Positions 11,798 to 26,082 are shown, numbered from the stretch's first letter. The stretch: 54,669 nt of DNA from Octopus bimaculoides (GCF_001194135.2 NC_068985.1:33052468-33107136), one strand, 5' to 3'. Numbers and translations: made by a program. The notes: generated by a model from the letters alone, not told the origin.

Positions 11798-13185
11798 CTA
11801 TTTCATATAGTGTATACTGATTATGTAATCAGTTAGGGGAGAAGACAGATCTTTTTGGAATGTTCTAGATCTGGTGGGTTTTTAATTTAAATAAACACTT
11901 GGTGTCAGAAGATTTAGAAGGCTGAATATTGTATGAATTTGTTTTCTAGATAATGGTCAGTTTCAGTCAAGAGAATTTTAAAACTTTAAATCAGTTTTAA
12001 AATAGCTAAGATATCAAGAAATCTTAACAGTCTGTGTTATCATTACAATTGTTTATAACATGAATTATCATAAGAATAATAACACTGTTGTTAGTTTGGA
12101 AAACATTTGTTAATGGAGATATTGAAAAAAACACAGCCTAGTATGTTTTACTTTTTATTTTTTTACTTTTCTCTCACCTAGTTGTCTTGTTACTGATTTA
12201 ATGTCTTAGAAGTAATTTACTTCATTTTCACAAATCTTGTCAGAAATAGTTATATAGCAGACACCAGTTCTTTTCTCTGTTCATGAATTCAAACATTCTT
12301 TCACTTCTCTATCTTTGGATCTCTAATGTTGTTTCTTTTAATTGTGTTAGTTTTAATACAGTCATTGTTTTATAAATATCTCGTCTTCCAATTACTCTTA
12401 CATCACAAGATGATGTTGTTGTCACCATCGTTGTCGTCATCATTTCAGTCTGTTTTTGACTTTCCTTCTTTCTAAAAACTGCTTGAGTGTTGCTATTGTT
12501 TGTTTTGAAATGATCAGCTTGTTTATGTGAATGAATTCTTAATCAATAACAATAAAAAGTTTCTCTGAAATAAGTTTCTAGCAGAAAAAAGCCCCTGCAC
12601 TATTTTTTATACCTGCTTTCATGAAAGTAAAATAAAAATTCAATTTTTTTTTTTTTTAATATAAATTAGGTGAAACATTAAACAATAATTACACAAGCCA
12701 GAGCCAGTCTGATATTAGTCATTAATTGGAATATATTGGAAAGTTTCAGTTCACATTAAAAGAAAAGAAAAAAGAAAAATTCTGCAGGAAATACAAAGAA
12801 GTAAACTTCTCTGAAATATTTTCAAATAATGATTTGTTCAACTATGGTTTAATTAGAAGGATTTTATTGTGGCATAGTTTGGACATTGGTCATGAACATA
12901 AAATACTATTTCTTACTTTTTTATCATTAATATATATTATTAGAATATACATTAAGCTTCAGAAAACCATTCTTCAACATTGTTATTTAATGTTTTATTT
13001 ATGTCAATTCTTGATTGTATCTTAATAAATTAGATTAATAAATTGTAAAGTAGGAATAAAGCTATTTGAGGAATATTTCTAAGGTTTCAACATTGTGTTA
13101 GTATATCTTTTTGCTTAGTCATCTGGTGTGTGTGTGTGTGTGTGTGTATGTATGTGTGTGTGTGTGTATTTATATATTGTAGTAA

Positions 13186-13566
13186 TAGGTGGTAAGCCAT
13201 TTGCCTCCCAACCACATGGTTCTTGGTCCAGTCCCATTGTGTGGCACCTTGGCCATTTCCTGCTAAAGCCTTGTGACTGGGTTTGGTAGATAGAAATTGA
13301 AAGAAGCCTGTCATGTATATGTGTATGTGTAAGTATATGTATGTTTGTGTCTCCTTGTCATGACATTGTGTTATAGATGTAAACTGATTGTTACTGTTAT
13401 ACAATCAGTGTTGTTCGTCTCCAATATTTGCAAGAACATGTCTGACCTTGGCAACAGGTAGGGGTTGGCAACAGAAAAGGCATCCGGCCATAGAAAATCT
13501 GTTTCAGTAAACTCCATCCAACCCATGCAAGCAAGGAAAAGTGGACATTGGTGGTGGTGGTGGTGG
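13186..13566 (+). mobile_element. Degenerate SINE with tRNA/CORE-like head and RTE-type 3' tail
   Basis: Head matches the SINE at 27661. The 3' end GGTTGGCAACAGAAAAGGCATCCGGCC...CAACCCATGCAAGCAAGGAAAAGTGGAC resembles the RTE tails. Confidence 0.65.
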
Positions 13567-14162
13567 AACATTCCTAACTCATTCTAATGCTCCCATATTA
13601 AGTTATAGATGAGTAAATTTTGATGGGATTTCTTAGACAGAAGGGGTTTTCTGTTGATAATTATGAATTAATGACTACCACGGTTGAGAGGTTATCTTGC
13701 ACAAAATTACCAGTCAATATGTCATAGTTCAAATACCAAACACACTCAGAATTTTGGATTATTTATATAATTTAGGACATTTTTAGAAAATACTGATACA
13801 CTTGTTGTTTATTCAAAATAAACTCAAGTGTGAATGTAGAAAGATAAGATGAATTATATTTAGCCAATATTTTTTTTCCATTTATATTGAAAGGAAAGGT
13901 ATATGAGTAATTTTATTTAATTTGTTTGATCAATTGTTTTCAATTAAAATTAATTTATTTCAGTCAGTTAAGAAGGCAACACCATTTTACCATCACCAGT
14001 TTTAAGCTACACAGACATATGCATACAATGATTTTAAATCCTATACTTTTATAGCGAAAGAAATACTGCAACAAAATATATGTAAGAAAGGCAAAAAATT
14101 AAATGATGCTATCAAAGATGAAAATGTATACAAAGATGAAGAATTGTATTACAGATATATTA

Positions 14163-15158
14163 TTGGTGACAAAGGGCCTTTCGCTCAGAGTAAAAAGTAG
14201 ACAGTATGACGCATGTGTACGAACAGCCATGCTACATGGCAGTGAAACATGGGCCGTGACTGCTGAGGACATGCGTAAGCTTGCAAGGAACGAAGCCAGT
14301 ATGCTCCGCTGGATGTGTAATGTCAGTGTGCATACTCGACAGAGTGTAAGTACCTTGAGAGAAAAGTTGGACCTAAGAAGCATCTGATGTGGTGTGCAAG
14401 AGAGACGACTGCACTGGTATGGTCATGTGGTACGAATGGATGAGGATAGCTGTGTGAAAAGTGCCACACCCTAGTGGTTGAGGGAACCTGTGAAAGAAGT
14501 AGACCCAGGAAGACCTGGAATGAGGGGGTGAAGCACGACCATCGAACATTAGGCCTCCCTGAGGCAATGACTAGTAACCGAGACCTTTGGAAATATGCTG
14601 TGCTTGAGAAGACCCGGCAAGCCAAGTGAGACCATAACCCGAATGTAACCAGCCCACTTATGTGTATCTTTTCTTCATTGGACACTAAACTCTGCTTGTG
14701 AAGACCTGTTGAGACAAGTGAAATCGAAATCAAATATGATGACTGCACCGCATGACTGGCATCCGTGCTAGTGGAGCGCTAAGAGTACCATCCAAGCGTG
14801 ATCATTGCCAGGGCAACTGACTGGCACTTGTGCCGGTGGCACGAGAAAAAACATTCGAGCGAGGTCATTGCCAGTGCCACTGAACTGGCTCCTGTGCAGG
14901 TGGCATTTAAAAAACACCATTTGAACGTGACCATTGTCAGTACCACCTGACTAGCCCTCATGCTGGTGGCATATAAAAGCACCCACTACACTCTCGGTGT
15001 AGTTGGCATTAGGAAGGGCATCCAGCTGTAAAAACTCTGCCCGATCAGATTGTAGCCTGGTGCAGCCATCTGGCCTGCTAGTCCTCAGTCAAATCATCCA
15101 ACCCAGCCAGCATGGAAAGTGGACGTTAAACGATGATGATGAGGATGATGATGATGAT
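14163..15158 (+). mobile_element. 5'-truncated RTE LINE (RT C-terminus, 3' UTR, (GAT)n tail)
   Basis: Reads LVTKGLSLRVK..YDACVRTAMLHGSETWAVTAEDMRKLARNEASMLRWMCNV...; the 3' UTR and tail are shared with 53557-54643. Confidence 0.93.
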
Positions 15159-17869
15159 TATTGAGTAGCTATCAATAGTGACTATCAGGAGAACAAATCA
15201 GTTTTAAAAATTCATTAAAAAATTTCCTAGAAAGTAAGATGTCCATTTTGCTAATCACGTTTTCAATTGATGATGGGTCTCTTTCAGTGATGATGATAAT
15301 GAGGCCATTATCAGTTTTAAGTCCATTTTTCCTTGCTTGCACAGGTTGGCCAGTGCATAGTTTAAGTAATACCTGATTTTTATGCTTACAAATTTTTAAG
15401 AGTTTGATTCACTACTGGAAATGTCTTTTTAGTGTCAGTATGGGTATGCTTGTTAAAATTTAAGCATCAAATCTATATTTGGAAATATGTCTGCATGAAC
15501 AAATTCTGACATAGCAGGTAAAAGATGGCTATCAGTAAATATCTTTTTCTCATTTCCTACTTTTATATATATTCAGTTCAAATGACAGTAATTGGATAAG
15601 GAAAGAACTAGAAATAGAAATAAACAGAATTCTGAAATTTAACTGCAGTGAAATATCTTTTCTAAATTATTTCTAAACAACATAAAATATGAGAAATTTG
15701 GAACTATTTGGCTGCCTTTTGCTGATTGTTAGGTGTTTGTGAATAAGAAAATACATTAAAAAAAAATTGTTTCTATATCCTTGTTGTTGCTATTAACTGC
15801 TTTATAAATAGATGAAGTTATTCATGATTTTCTAACAATTGTTTCCAGCAGCTTAATGATGTTTTTAGCTTCAATAAATAAAGTATGAATGTGGCTTAAT
15901 AGCATGTGATATTTTTTTACTAATTGTTTTAGGTGTCTATGTAGTTGCAAGCAGACTTAGACACCATCTTAGTTTCTCTCCACCTCTTGACTCAGTGGAG
16001 CATCAATGATGTGACATTTTGCAGGAGAGAGGGTTGTACCCAATGCCTGGCTGGTAATCATTACAACTGGATAGACTGGAGTAACATGAAACAGCCCTGT
16101 CCAGAAATTGAACCAGTGACTTTATAATCATGAACAAAACATTGTAACTTCTGGGCAATGTGCCTTCATTCCTCACACCTATGTGAGAGTGTCCCCAACA
16201 AATCAGAAGTTTCAGATATATAACTCATTTGTATGAAATTCTTTCAGAAAAAGGAAAGAAAAACTGGATACTGATTTTTAAGTTATTTTTAAATAGTTGT
16301 TACTGTTGAGCTCCATGCACATATCTAATATATATTTAAGATGGTGAAATTAGATTCAATGAAGATTTGGTTACTATTTCTTGTTTGTTGGTCAGTCACA
16401 TGGAGGCTTGATACTGTGCAGTATATTCAAAATTGATCTGTGTAACAAAATTATTTATCGACCATTTTTCATTTTGATATCATTCATTCATAATTTACAA
16501 CTCACACATCTTTATCATAATCATTTCATTAGAAACAAAAAAAAAGTATACTCCCTAGAAAATCAGCTTCAGGCTGGAGTGCATTTTGTATTTTTTTGTG
16601 ACTTTTTGCAACATTGGCACCCTCTTATTAATTTCATTGGGATTTTGTATTTTGAATCAAAATCATCTCTCGCAATTACTGATGTTTTGAAATAGATATT
16701 ATAATCTTCAACTTCTCTAAAATTTAAAATACTTTATAGGTCAAAGGTTTTTAAAGTCTATTCATAGCATTTTAAATAACTTTTCACTGAATAATTTTGG
16801 TAGTCATGAGAGATTTTGCTGCTGTCCTGGTTATATGCCAATAGTTCAAACCTGGTCTTCTGTCCTCAGGCATTCTTGTTTCTGCAATTTACCTAGCCAA
16901 AAAGATAGATTTTATAGTCCAATGGTTGGCACATATTCATTTTTCTCACTAAGTCCATGTAAAAAGAACCATTCTATTCAAGTTAGCATAAAACACAATT
17001 AAAAAATAATACAGTTCATGATGATTATTCCATTTATCTTTTGAGACCTTTTCTGATTGTTGCAACATATCTGACAAGGAAATCTTTTGTTATATTTATC
17101 ACACATTTATAGTGCTTGGCCATTCTCACTATCAGTCTGCTTCCTGTGACTGCTGGAGTTGGTTGCAAGTGATAAGCTGCAAGTCACTCATCTACTGTAT
17201 CAATTTTCCAATCAGTTCAAGAACTCAAGTTCACTTAATCTTCTCAGTTGTAAGCTTGTTGGTGTATAATTTATTGGGAAAAGGAGGCTAAATTGATTTG
17301 GACAGGATTTGAATTGAAGAACTGTGGAATCTGTGTCTGTTTCTGTCAAATATCAATCCCAGAATTCAGAACTCTAGTAAGACATGTCCAAGCAGATAAA
17401 TAGTTCTTGTACAAGTGAAAATTGTATAGCGGTGTAATTTTCAAATAGGAAACTGGTGTAATTTAGTATTATAGATGGACATTGAAATTTGTTAACTCCC
17501 CTGGTAAAACCATAGCAAACCACTTCATTGGCTGAGTGAAGCATGTTGCAGTTGAATATCAGAGTAAGATTATCAGTTCAAAGAGTTTTGTTGCAGTTAT
17601 ATATTATAACAAAGACTGACATCACAAAGCTAGGACTGTCATTGTCGTTTGTTGTTAGATAAAAGACTGACATTTAGTTTGATAGCCTAACAAAAGATGT
17701 CACCTTACTTTGATATGAAAGTGAGAATTAAAACTAAATATTACATCAAAGCAAAACTTCTCATCACAATTCGATACCAAAATGAGGTTTGTCTTCACAA
17801 TTTCATATAAATCCAAGGAGTGTCTTCTAAATTTAAAACTTAGCATTTTGATTTCAGTATGAAAACTTA

Positions 17870-18195
17870 GGCTGTGTGGTAAGAAGCTTGCTGCCCAAGC
17901 ACATGGTTCTGGGTTTAGTCCCACTGTATGGCACTTTGGGAAAGAGTCTTCTACAATAACCTCAAGCCAACTAGAGCCTTGTGAGTAGATTTGGTTGATG
18001 GAAATTGAAAGAAGCCTGTCGTATATGTGTGTGTGTGTTTGTGTTCCTGTAACTTAGCAAGCAAAAGAGACTGATAGAATAAGTACCAGGTTTAAAAACG
18101 TAAAACCTGGGGTGATTCATTTGACTAAAAAATTCTTCAAGGTGGTGCTCTAGCAGGGCTGCAGTCTAATGACTGAAACAAAAATAGATAAAAGA
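17870..18195 (+). mobile_element. tRNA/CORE-like SINE (abundant family)
   Basis: GCTGTGTGGTAAGAAGCTTGC...GGTTTAGTCCC head, internal (GT)n and GACTGAAACA tail; same family as 27661, 30118, 46200 and 49168. Confidence 0.85.
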
Positions 18196-18640
18196 TTTCA
18201 ATTTGGTATCAAAGCAGAGATTGTCATTACAACTCATTGCAGTTTGTTATTCAGACAAAAACTGTAATGACAGTCTGAAATCAGGACAGTGTCTTGTCAT
18301 TGCTCTCCAGCACCTCATGTTTGCTTTATATATTTTTAGATTGCCATCCATTAATTACATTTACAAAAAAACTTGTTTTCTATACTAAAGTACTTCATTA
18401 CTACCATTTAAAAAATGTTCAAACATGGTTTAGAATACAAATGAAATTTGTTTTTCCAATTATTTCCTAAAATAAAGAATATTCTGTTAATGTAAACAAG
18501 TAAAAAAATCTGTTATACTTAGATCAAAACAATATCTTTATGAGACGTTACTCTGTGTCTGTGTGTGTATATTCAACTATGAATGCTGTTATTTAAAAAG
18601 ATTAAATATATATATATTATCAATATTACTCAAATGATGA

Positions 18641-18850
18641 AGGCAGTGAGCTGGCAGAATCATTAGTATACTGGGCAAAATGCCTAGCAGCGTTTCATCC
18701 ATCTGCATGTTCTGAGTTCAAATTCTGCTGAGGTCAATTTTGGAGTCAATAAAATAAGCACCAGTTGACCACTGGGGTTGATGATATAATCAACTTACCC
18801 ACTCTCCCAAAATTGCTGGCCTTCTGCCATTAGTAGAAAGAATTATTATT
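18641..18850 (+). mobile_element. Older copy of the 11568-11797 SINE family
   Basis: AGGCAGTGAGCTGGCAGAATCATTAG...GAGTTCAAATTCTGCTGAGGTC aligns with the 11568 copy. Confidence 0.8.
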
Positions 18851-20553
18851 CAGATGAGTACTGTAAATAAGCTCAGATTGAATTGTATGTACAATTTGGT
18901 TTTGTTTGTTATCATTTCATATCACATACAACCTTTCAAGTAACCATGATTGTTACATATCCTCATACCCTCATACCCAAGATTCCACATAGTGGGACTG
19001 AACTCAAAAGTATATGATTAGGAAGAGGACATCTTAATTACACAGCTATGTCTACACACACACACACACCATCTTTTAACATCTGTTTTCCATGCTGGCA
19101 TGGGTTGGACGCTTATGTGTGCATGCAAAATAAGAAAACCATGAGACCTCTGGGGGTTTTGCAATTTATATCAGGTCTTCTATGATCAATTGCACACTAT
19201 TTACAACTGATATATCAGTGTGAAATGTCCTTTACAAAATTTAAAAGAATAATAAAATCTTTGCCAAAATATCGGTTATAAATTGTATGTAGTTTAATAC
19301 GGATCAAAAGTATATTTTGTTTGAAAAAACTATACCATCTAGCATTATTCGTACTTCATTTAAACATTCATAGCAATATTTCTGTAATACCTAATACAAT
19401 ACATTTAATGTAATGCTTCAACAGTATTAAGTAATGCTTAATGTATTTACTAGACATTTACACTTAGCTAGGTGAGGGCATACACACGCATGCGTATGAG
19501 CACACACACACATACACATAGGAAATGAAGAGAAAAAGAAACATAAAAATGACTGCCTGACTGCCACCAACTCACATCGTAGCAATTTTTAGAGTGGCAT
19601 TGCCACTCTGTGCTGAACAGGATGTCATTTAAAGTATAATCATCTCAAATCACTTTGTTTAGGAATTTCATCTCATGAAAGTTAACTAGAGGGAATTGAC
19701 ACAACTGTTTGGTAGCAAATAGTGGCAAAAATATCATCTGAGAACATCTGAGCTTCATAATGATTGGGTTTATGTGTTATTGCTCTTCAAAACTGCCTAA
19801 GGTATGTTTTCATGCTGAAATATTAGGTGTGTCATGTATATAATTTATTGTTGTAGAAGCTTAATGATATCAATTGTAAAAAGTTGCATTTATGCCATTT
19901 AAACATTGATAGCAGTATTTCTACAATGCCCAATATAGTACATTTACTGTAGGTGTGTGTGTGTGTGTAGGCATGGATCACTTTTCAACCATGTGGTTTT
20001 GGGTTATATTCAGTGACACCATTGGTGGCTTCTACTCTAATCTCAACCAATGCAATGTGAAATAAATGTAGAAAAAAGAAGTTGCTCAAATTCTATCATA
20101 TATCTGTGTGTGTGTGTACTTGTTTACATTTGCACTTTTCCAAAAATCACTGTCAATAAGGTGAGATTTGACAGAATTGATTTTAGAGTGCAAGTAGGAG
20201 TTCACTGCTAAGAACACATGGAGAATAGACTCTCTCAAATGCCCAGTTATTAAAGGAAATAGATAGTTTCTGTTACCTAGGTAACCTAATTAACAGTGGA
20301 GGTTTATCTTCCAAAAGTGTGGTTGCTAGAATAAGAATAGGATGGAAAAAGTACAGTGTGCTGTTGCCTATGTTGGTAACAAAACCTTTCTACAATACCA
20401 TTTATATTTTGATCCCTGTTCCTTGTGAGTATACCCTGGCACTTCACCACCATCTCTCTCCTGTTACCCCTTGCATTCTCACACTCTATATCTCTCTCTC
20501 CCTCTGACCGAGTAACCACAAATCTCCTCTACAGCAAAACACATGTTTTGGTC

Positions 20554-20595
<42 letters not shown>

Positions 20596-20714
20596 NNNNN
20601 NNNNNNNNNNNNNNNNNNNNNNNNNNNNNNNNNNNNNNNNNNNNNNNNNNNNNNNNNNNNNNNNNNNNNNNNNNNNNNNNNNNNNNNNNNNNNNNNCCTC
20701 TCTCTCTCTCCCCC

Positions 20715-20775
<61 letters not shown>

Positions 20776-20824
20776 TGTCTCTGTTACATTCTAACCTTTC
20801 ATCGCCTAGTCCAAGGTCACCTCA

Positions 20825-21172
20825 TGCAATGCCCCCTCCTCTCTCAAAGGATCTTTGTCTTGCAAGTTGCCTGGTGATCCTGCCAGTGTTGATGCTATGT
20901 AAAAAGCATCCAGTCCACTCTGTAAGGTGGTTGCCAATCGGAAGGGTATCCAGCTGTAATATCTTTGCCAAAATTGACCTCACTTGTGCTGGTGTCACAT
21001 AAAAAGCACTCAGCCCACTCTGCAGAGTAGTCAGTGTTAGGAAGGGCATCCAGCTGTGGAATCCATGCCAAAGCAGATACTGAAGTCTGGTGCAGTCGTC
21101 TGCCTGGCCAGCTCCTGTCAAACAATCCAACTCATGCCAGCATGGAAAGCAGATGTTAAATGATGATGATGA
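20825..21172 (-). mobile_element. RTE-type 3' tail fragment
   Basis: Contains two GGAAGGG[T/C]ATCCAGCTGT motifs and a CATGGAAAGCAGATGTTAAA(TGA)n end typical of the RTE tails here. Strand is uncertain because the pieces are rearranged. Confidence 0.55.
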
Positions 21173-21179
21173 TGACTCA

Positions 21180-21505
21180 TGTACAAACAGAGGTGCAGAG
21201 AACATGTGAAGACTGGAAAGAAATTAAGCTAGCATGATCCTCTGGGTGTGCAATATCATTATGCTTGTATGGCAAAGTGCAAATGTGTTGAGAGAAAAAT
21301 TGGACATAAGAGGTGTCAAATGTAGTATGCAAGAGAGAAGACTGCACTGGTATGGTCATATGATGAAGATGGTTTAGAATGGCTGCATGAAGAAGTGTTG
21401 AGTGATAAATATGGTTGGAGCCTGTAGAAGAGGAAAACTCTGGAAGACAAGAGATGAAGTAGTGTTGACTGACCTCAAAGATATGACTGGTGGTATGCTG
21501 TGATC
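21180..21505 (+). mobile_element. Old RTE RT C-terminal fragment
   Basis: Reads ...REKLDIRGVKCSMQERRLHWYGH..., homologous to the other RTE copies. Confidence 0.75.
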
Positions 21506-23289
21506 ATGAAGATTTCTCCATATCAACAAAAATTAGGTCTAAATGTATGTTTATGTTTATGCCCCCCACCACATTCAATCTATACCTGTCAAGCCTTCCC
21601 CTACTATTCATCTTCCTAACACCTTTCCTGCCATCACTATTCTTACTACAACATGTTTGGGTGCTGTAATTATATAACTCCCATCTATGCTACTAGTTAG
21701 TCCTCTCCTTGGTACCACTTTTTGTCACCATCCTGCTTTCTCAATACCATCCCTTACCACTTTATTTTCCACTGAACAGCTTATATCTACCTCTGATGTT
21801 TGGCTTACAGTTAAAAGAAAATAAGTGAAAATTATTGATAAATGGATTTAAATGTAGTTGATTTTTAAAGATAGGTGTAAACAAAATAATCTATATTATT
21901 TTTAGAAACAAACTGGAATGTTTTGCATGAAGTGTTATTTTGATTTCAGTATGGTATGAGAGGCCAAACTGCAATAGATTACTGTGTCCTCTAAATTGAT
22001 GGAACATATGAACAAGATATGAATTTTATAAACTAGTGCTATGGAAACAGTCTCACTCCTACCAAAATACCTTTGCAACGCCTTTCTTTTGACTTTTATC
22101 CAATAAAGACAATGTTTATCTCAAGCCGTAACAGTTCACTACCTTACCACTTGTATTCAGTGACTGAGGTCTCCTCATTCTCTACATCCAAGGAACACAC
22201 AAAGATGTGAACTTTGCAAGTCACATTGCAAACTAGGATGAACTCTCTAGTAATAAAACACACTTGGTCCATATTGTAGGACACACACAACATAAAAATT
22301 GCTGAGTTTTCTGTGTTGGTATATATGCTCAAACTGGTGCAGACTTGATGACCCATCTGACTGTTGCCAGTATGGGAAAACAGATGTAAAGTACTGCCGG
22401 TCATAGTAGTGGCAATAATGGCAACTTTACTAGAATATCATTATTATTAAATTCTAATTAAATCATAAATCATCTCTCTGTATTATACATATGGGTGAAT
22501 TTTTTAATAGTTTTCTAAGTTTTTGTCTGGCTAAATGTAATTCAATTCCAGTGAAATGTCTTAATGATGCTCAGAACTCACTCTTCAGAAATAATATGGC
22601 TTTTGTAACAACTGTAAAAACCTTCAATCACAAGTAAACAGACACTTAGTAATTGTAAATCCCCATGGAATATTATTTAAATCTATTCAGACAAACTTAA
22701 TTAAAATTTTAATTAACTGAAACTAATTCTCTATAATTTTCCAAACTTAAGGTTACAATAAAAATAATGTACATTTTTCCAGGAAATTATTATTGCATAT
22801 TTTTGATGAAAGCTTTTCTTATGCAGTTATTGGTTGCTTTTTTTCTTCTTTTTTTATTCATGTATTAAATCTTTTAAGGAATTTTTTTCTTCTCACGATA
22901 TATCAATATTGCCAAGTTGTTATAGTTTTGTACTTTAGGAAACAGGAAAAAAAAAAAGAAGAGTGATTCAAATTCCTAACTGAAATCTCCTAACTGATTT
23001 TATCATATGTGGTATTACTTATCTTGGGAAACATTTTAGCAAGTTGGGGAACTGAAGCTTAAATTCTTTTAATGTTAGAATCTTCCAAAAATTATAAACT
23101 TTCTTTATCAAATAAATAGAATTTATTCATTAATGAACATTNNNNNNNNNNGTTCTGTGGTCTCATTGAAATTAAACACATAATTATTGATTCCCTGCTT
23201 AGATCTGCTGTTCATTTGTTCACTCATGCTACATCTGTTGTTCCCTGCTAGCATAGGTTGTGTGTGTGTGTATGCTGATGAATAAGTTT

Positions 23290-23715
23290 GCTTCAGGATC
23301 ATATAGTTTGTGGCTTGCTCTTACTGCATGGATGCCATCAGCTGGTGTCGCAGGTTGGCCAGTACCATTGTGAATAACATTTGGTAGGTAGAAACTGAAA
23401 CAGTTCTTACACATATATACACACACACACTTACATGAGTATGGATGTATGATTGAATGTGCACTCCTCTTGTCTTGCCCTTTGCATGCTGATTGTAAAC
23501 AAAGAGTTTCCATTCTTACAAACATCGTTTGTTTTCAGTTTTCTATTGAAAGCATGCCCAGGCTATCCTTCATTTTGTGTTATGGGAAGTATTACCTTGC
23601 TTGGAAATAGGTTAGGGTTGGCAGTACAAAGAGCAACTGTCCAAAGAAAATACTACCTCAACAAAGTCTTATCTAATGCATGCAAGCATGGAAAAGTAGA
23701 TGTTGAAATGATGAT
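23290..23715 (+). mobile_element. Highly degenerate composite SINE (as 13186-13566)
   Basis: TTGGTAGGTAGAAACTGAAA, a microsatellite, then GGTTAGGGTTGGCA...GCATGCAAGCATGGAAAAGTAGATGTTGAAATGATG. Confidence 0.5.
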
Positions 23716-25220
23716 GGTGTATGTTCATCATCATCATTGTCATCATTTAACAACCCTTTTCCATGATGGCACAGATTGGCTTAGATTCTTTGCAGTTGAA
23801 ATTATTGAGGATATTTATTCTTCTGACAAAGAGTTTACACTTTTACTCAAAATCCTATTATTGTTATTTTCCTGAATTTTTTTGTGATTCTCTCCATTAG
23901 TTTACCTGCAATCATTACTCTTGAACTGTATATTTAACTATTTATTTTTTTGCTCCGGAGCCCAGGTGAAGGGTAAAGTTTGACAGGGTTAATAGACAGG
24001 AAAACGAAAATGTCTAAAATATTATGGAAAGAATTTCAAAAATTCCTCCTTTTTCTTCATCTTAATCCTATCATAAGTAAAACCACGATAGGGTTAAGAT
24101 ATACTATTTCCCAAAACTTTTCCATTGTCAAACCTTTTGGCTATTGATTTAGTTCTGCATAATGATTTCACTTGTGTAAGATAAATAGTATGATAAAATT
24201 TCACAGCAAACTGAATTTCTTACAACAGTAAATTGTAAATTTTGTAAAAATAAATGGAAAGGATTCTTCTTACAGTTCTATAATTAAATAACACTATTTA
24301 AATGTTTCAAACATTGCATTTGAGAGGGAAAATGGGAATTCCTGGAGCAAATGCATAAGGCCTGAAAAATTTATTAGCTGATAGTTTAATGGCATATAAG
24401 GCTAATTTAACATATTTTAATGCATATAGATTAATATATTTTTTTCATAATTCTATAGAATTATTGACAATATTATTCACAGTGCCAATACTATTTATTT
24501 GTGCACTTACTTAATCAGCCATGGTGTTTAAAAGACTTTCAAGTCTTTAAAAATTCAATGAAACCCTCTTTTTCCTATAGTAGGAAATTAACTATGCCAT
24601 TGGTACTGATCTACTTATCTATAGAATTAGAGGAAAGATCTTTAAAGATGTATCCTTTCTGTTTATAAGAAAATGAAATAGAAATGTTATTGATTAGAAT
24701 CAAATCTCTTTACAAGACAGTGCTAAAAGCAGTGAGCCATAAAATTACCTTACTAATAGTACTTAACAAGGATACTTACTATTGATATTTTCCACTAATA
24801 GCATATTTTTCATGCTTCAATTAATCTCACATTTTTTTTAAACTCTTTTTTTTCCATATTTCCTTCATTCTGCATATATCTATTTTCAGCAATATAGTAC
24901 TACAAAAAACACACATTAAAATCAAAAAATTGAGCAAAATATATTCTAGTCAATATGTTATCTTCCAAACAGCAGCTTTATTCCTTCACAATATGTAAGC
25001 AGTAAAAGAAGGTTTCTCTAATTGAGACTAACTTGGAAAAGTTCTGAACATATTAATTTACTGAGTTATGGTTTATTCAGTTTCATACTGTGCAGTTGTT
25101 AGTCACCTTCACACTAACTTTAAATTGTTGTTGCTGAAGAAAGCAAATTGTTTTATCTGTGAGAAATGTAATTTTTTCTTGCCTTCATCTGTAGCTCCAG
25201 GAACTCATGCCAGACTATTG

Positions 25221-26082
25221 ATCATTTGCTTCTGATGCCATATTTTAAGAAGATTCCAACAGTATTTTTGTATTTTGTTATATACTTTTCTATTAGTGGT
25301 GTTTTTGCATGAGAAAAATTATATAATAGTTAAGAAAAATATACCTTGTTTGTCAATTATAGATTTTTTAAAAATTTTATCATTTTTCTTTAACCTCAAG
25401 TGAAAACATTATTTCTTTTTTTTATTATTATTATAAGAAATTTGACCTTTTAAACAGAACAAAACCTATTGGATCTGACAAGTCACACACTTAATTCTTG
25501 CCTTCAGCTAAATATCTAAATTTTGATAGTTACTGTATTTCTTTTGTATTTCATGATCTAACAAACATTACAGTATCAACTATTCAAGTGGAATTTCTTA
25601 TGAACATTTCTTTTATAGGAAATGCAAGTCATACAATTATAGTATATAATTTATATGTAGGATAAGAAACTATATATTTTCTAATAAAATATTTAATGCA
25701 CTGAAGTCATATACATTAGTAAATTTTACTTTTTAGTAAAATAGTGAATTACAAGTTATTTCTTTAGCCAAAATCTAACAGAGGCAACAGCTTATTATGA
25801 GTGGATTGAACATTTTGCCTCTGATTCCATATTTTAAGATTCCAGCAATATTTTTATATTTGGTCTTATACTTTTCTATTAGTGTTGTTTTTTATTTGGT
25901 TTTGTTTTGTTTTTTTGTAAGAAAAAGTATATAATAGTTAAGATTTATCATTTTGTTTGTCTGTTATAAATATATTTTTTAATTTTATCTGTTAGTTGCT
26001 TTTTGTCTCTCACCTGAAGTGAAAATATCACACTTTTTATAAATTAAAAATTTGACCTTTTAAACAGAGCAATCCTATTGGA
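25221..26082 (+). repeat. Old direct duplication, about 260 bp (25221-25475 and 25810-26082)
   Basis: Colinear blocks are shared: CTGAT.CCATATTTTAAGA, TATACTTTTCTATTAGTG, TATATAATAGTTAAGA, AAATTTGACCTTTTAAACAG and CCTATTGGA. Confidence 0.8.

Noticed and set aside
19356-19950. ~58-bp similar segments at about 19356-19412 and 19894-19950
   Set aside because: Short, AT-rich and diverged; most likely remnants of an old dispersed repeat.
22144-22404. Faint resemblance of the minus ORF (GNSQMGHQVC...AIFMLCV) to a GPCR TM3 region
   Set aside because: No DRY motif and no convincing hydrophobic helices; kept only as a low-interest island.
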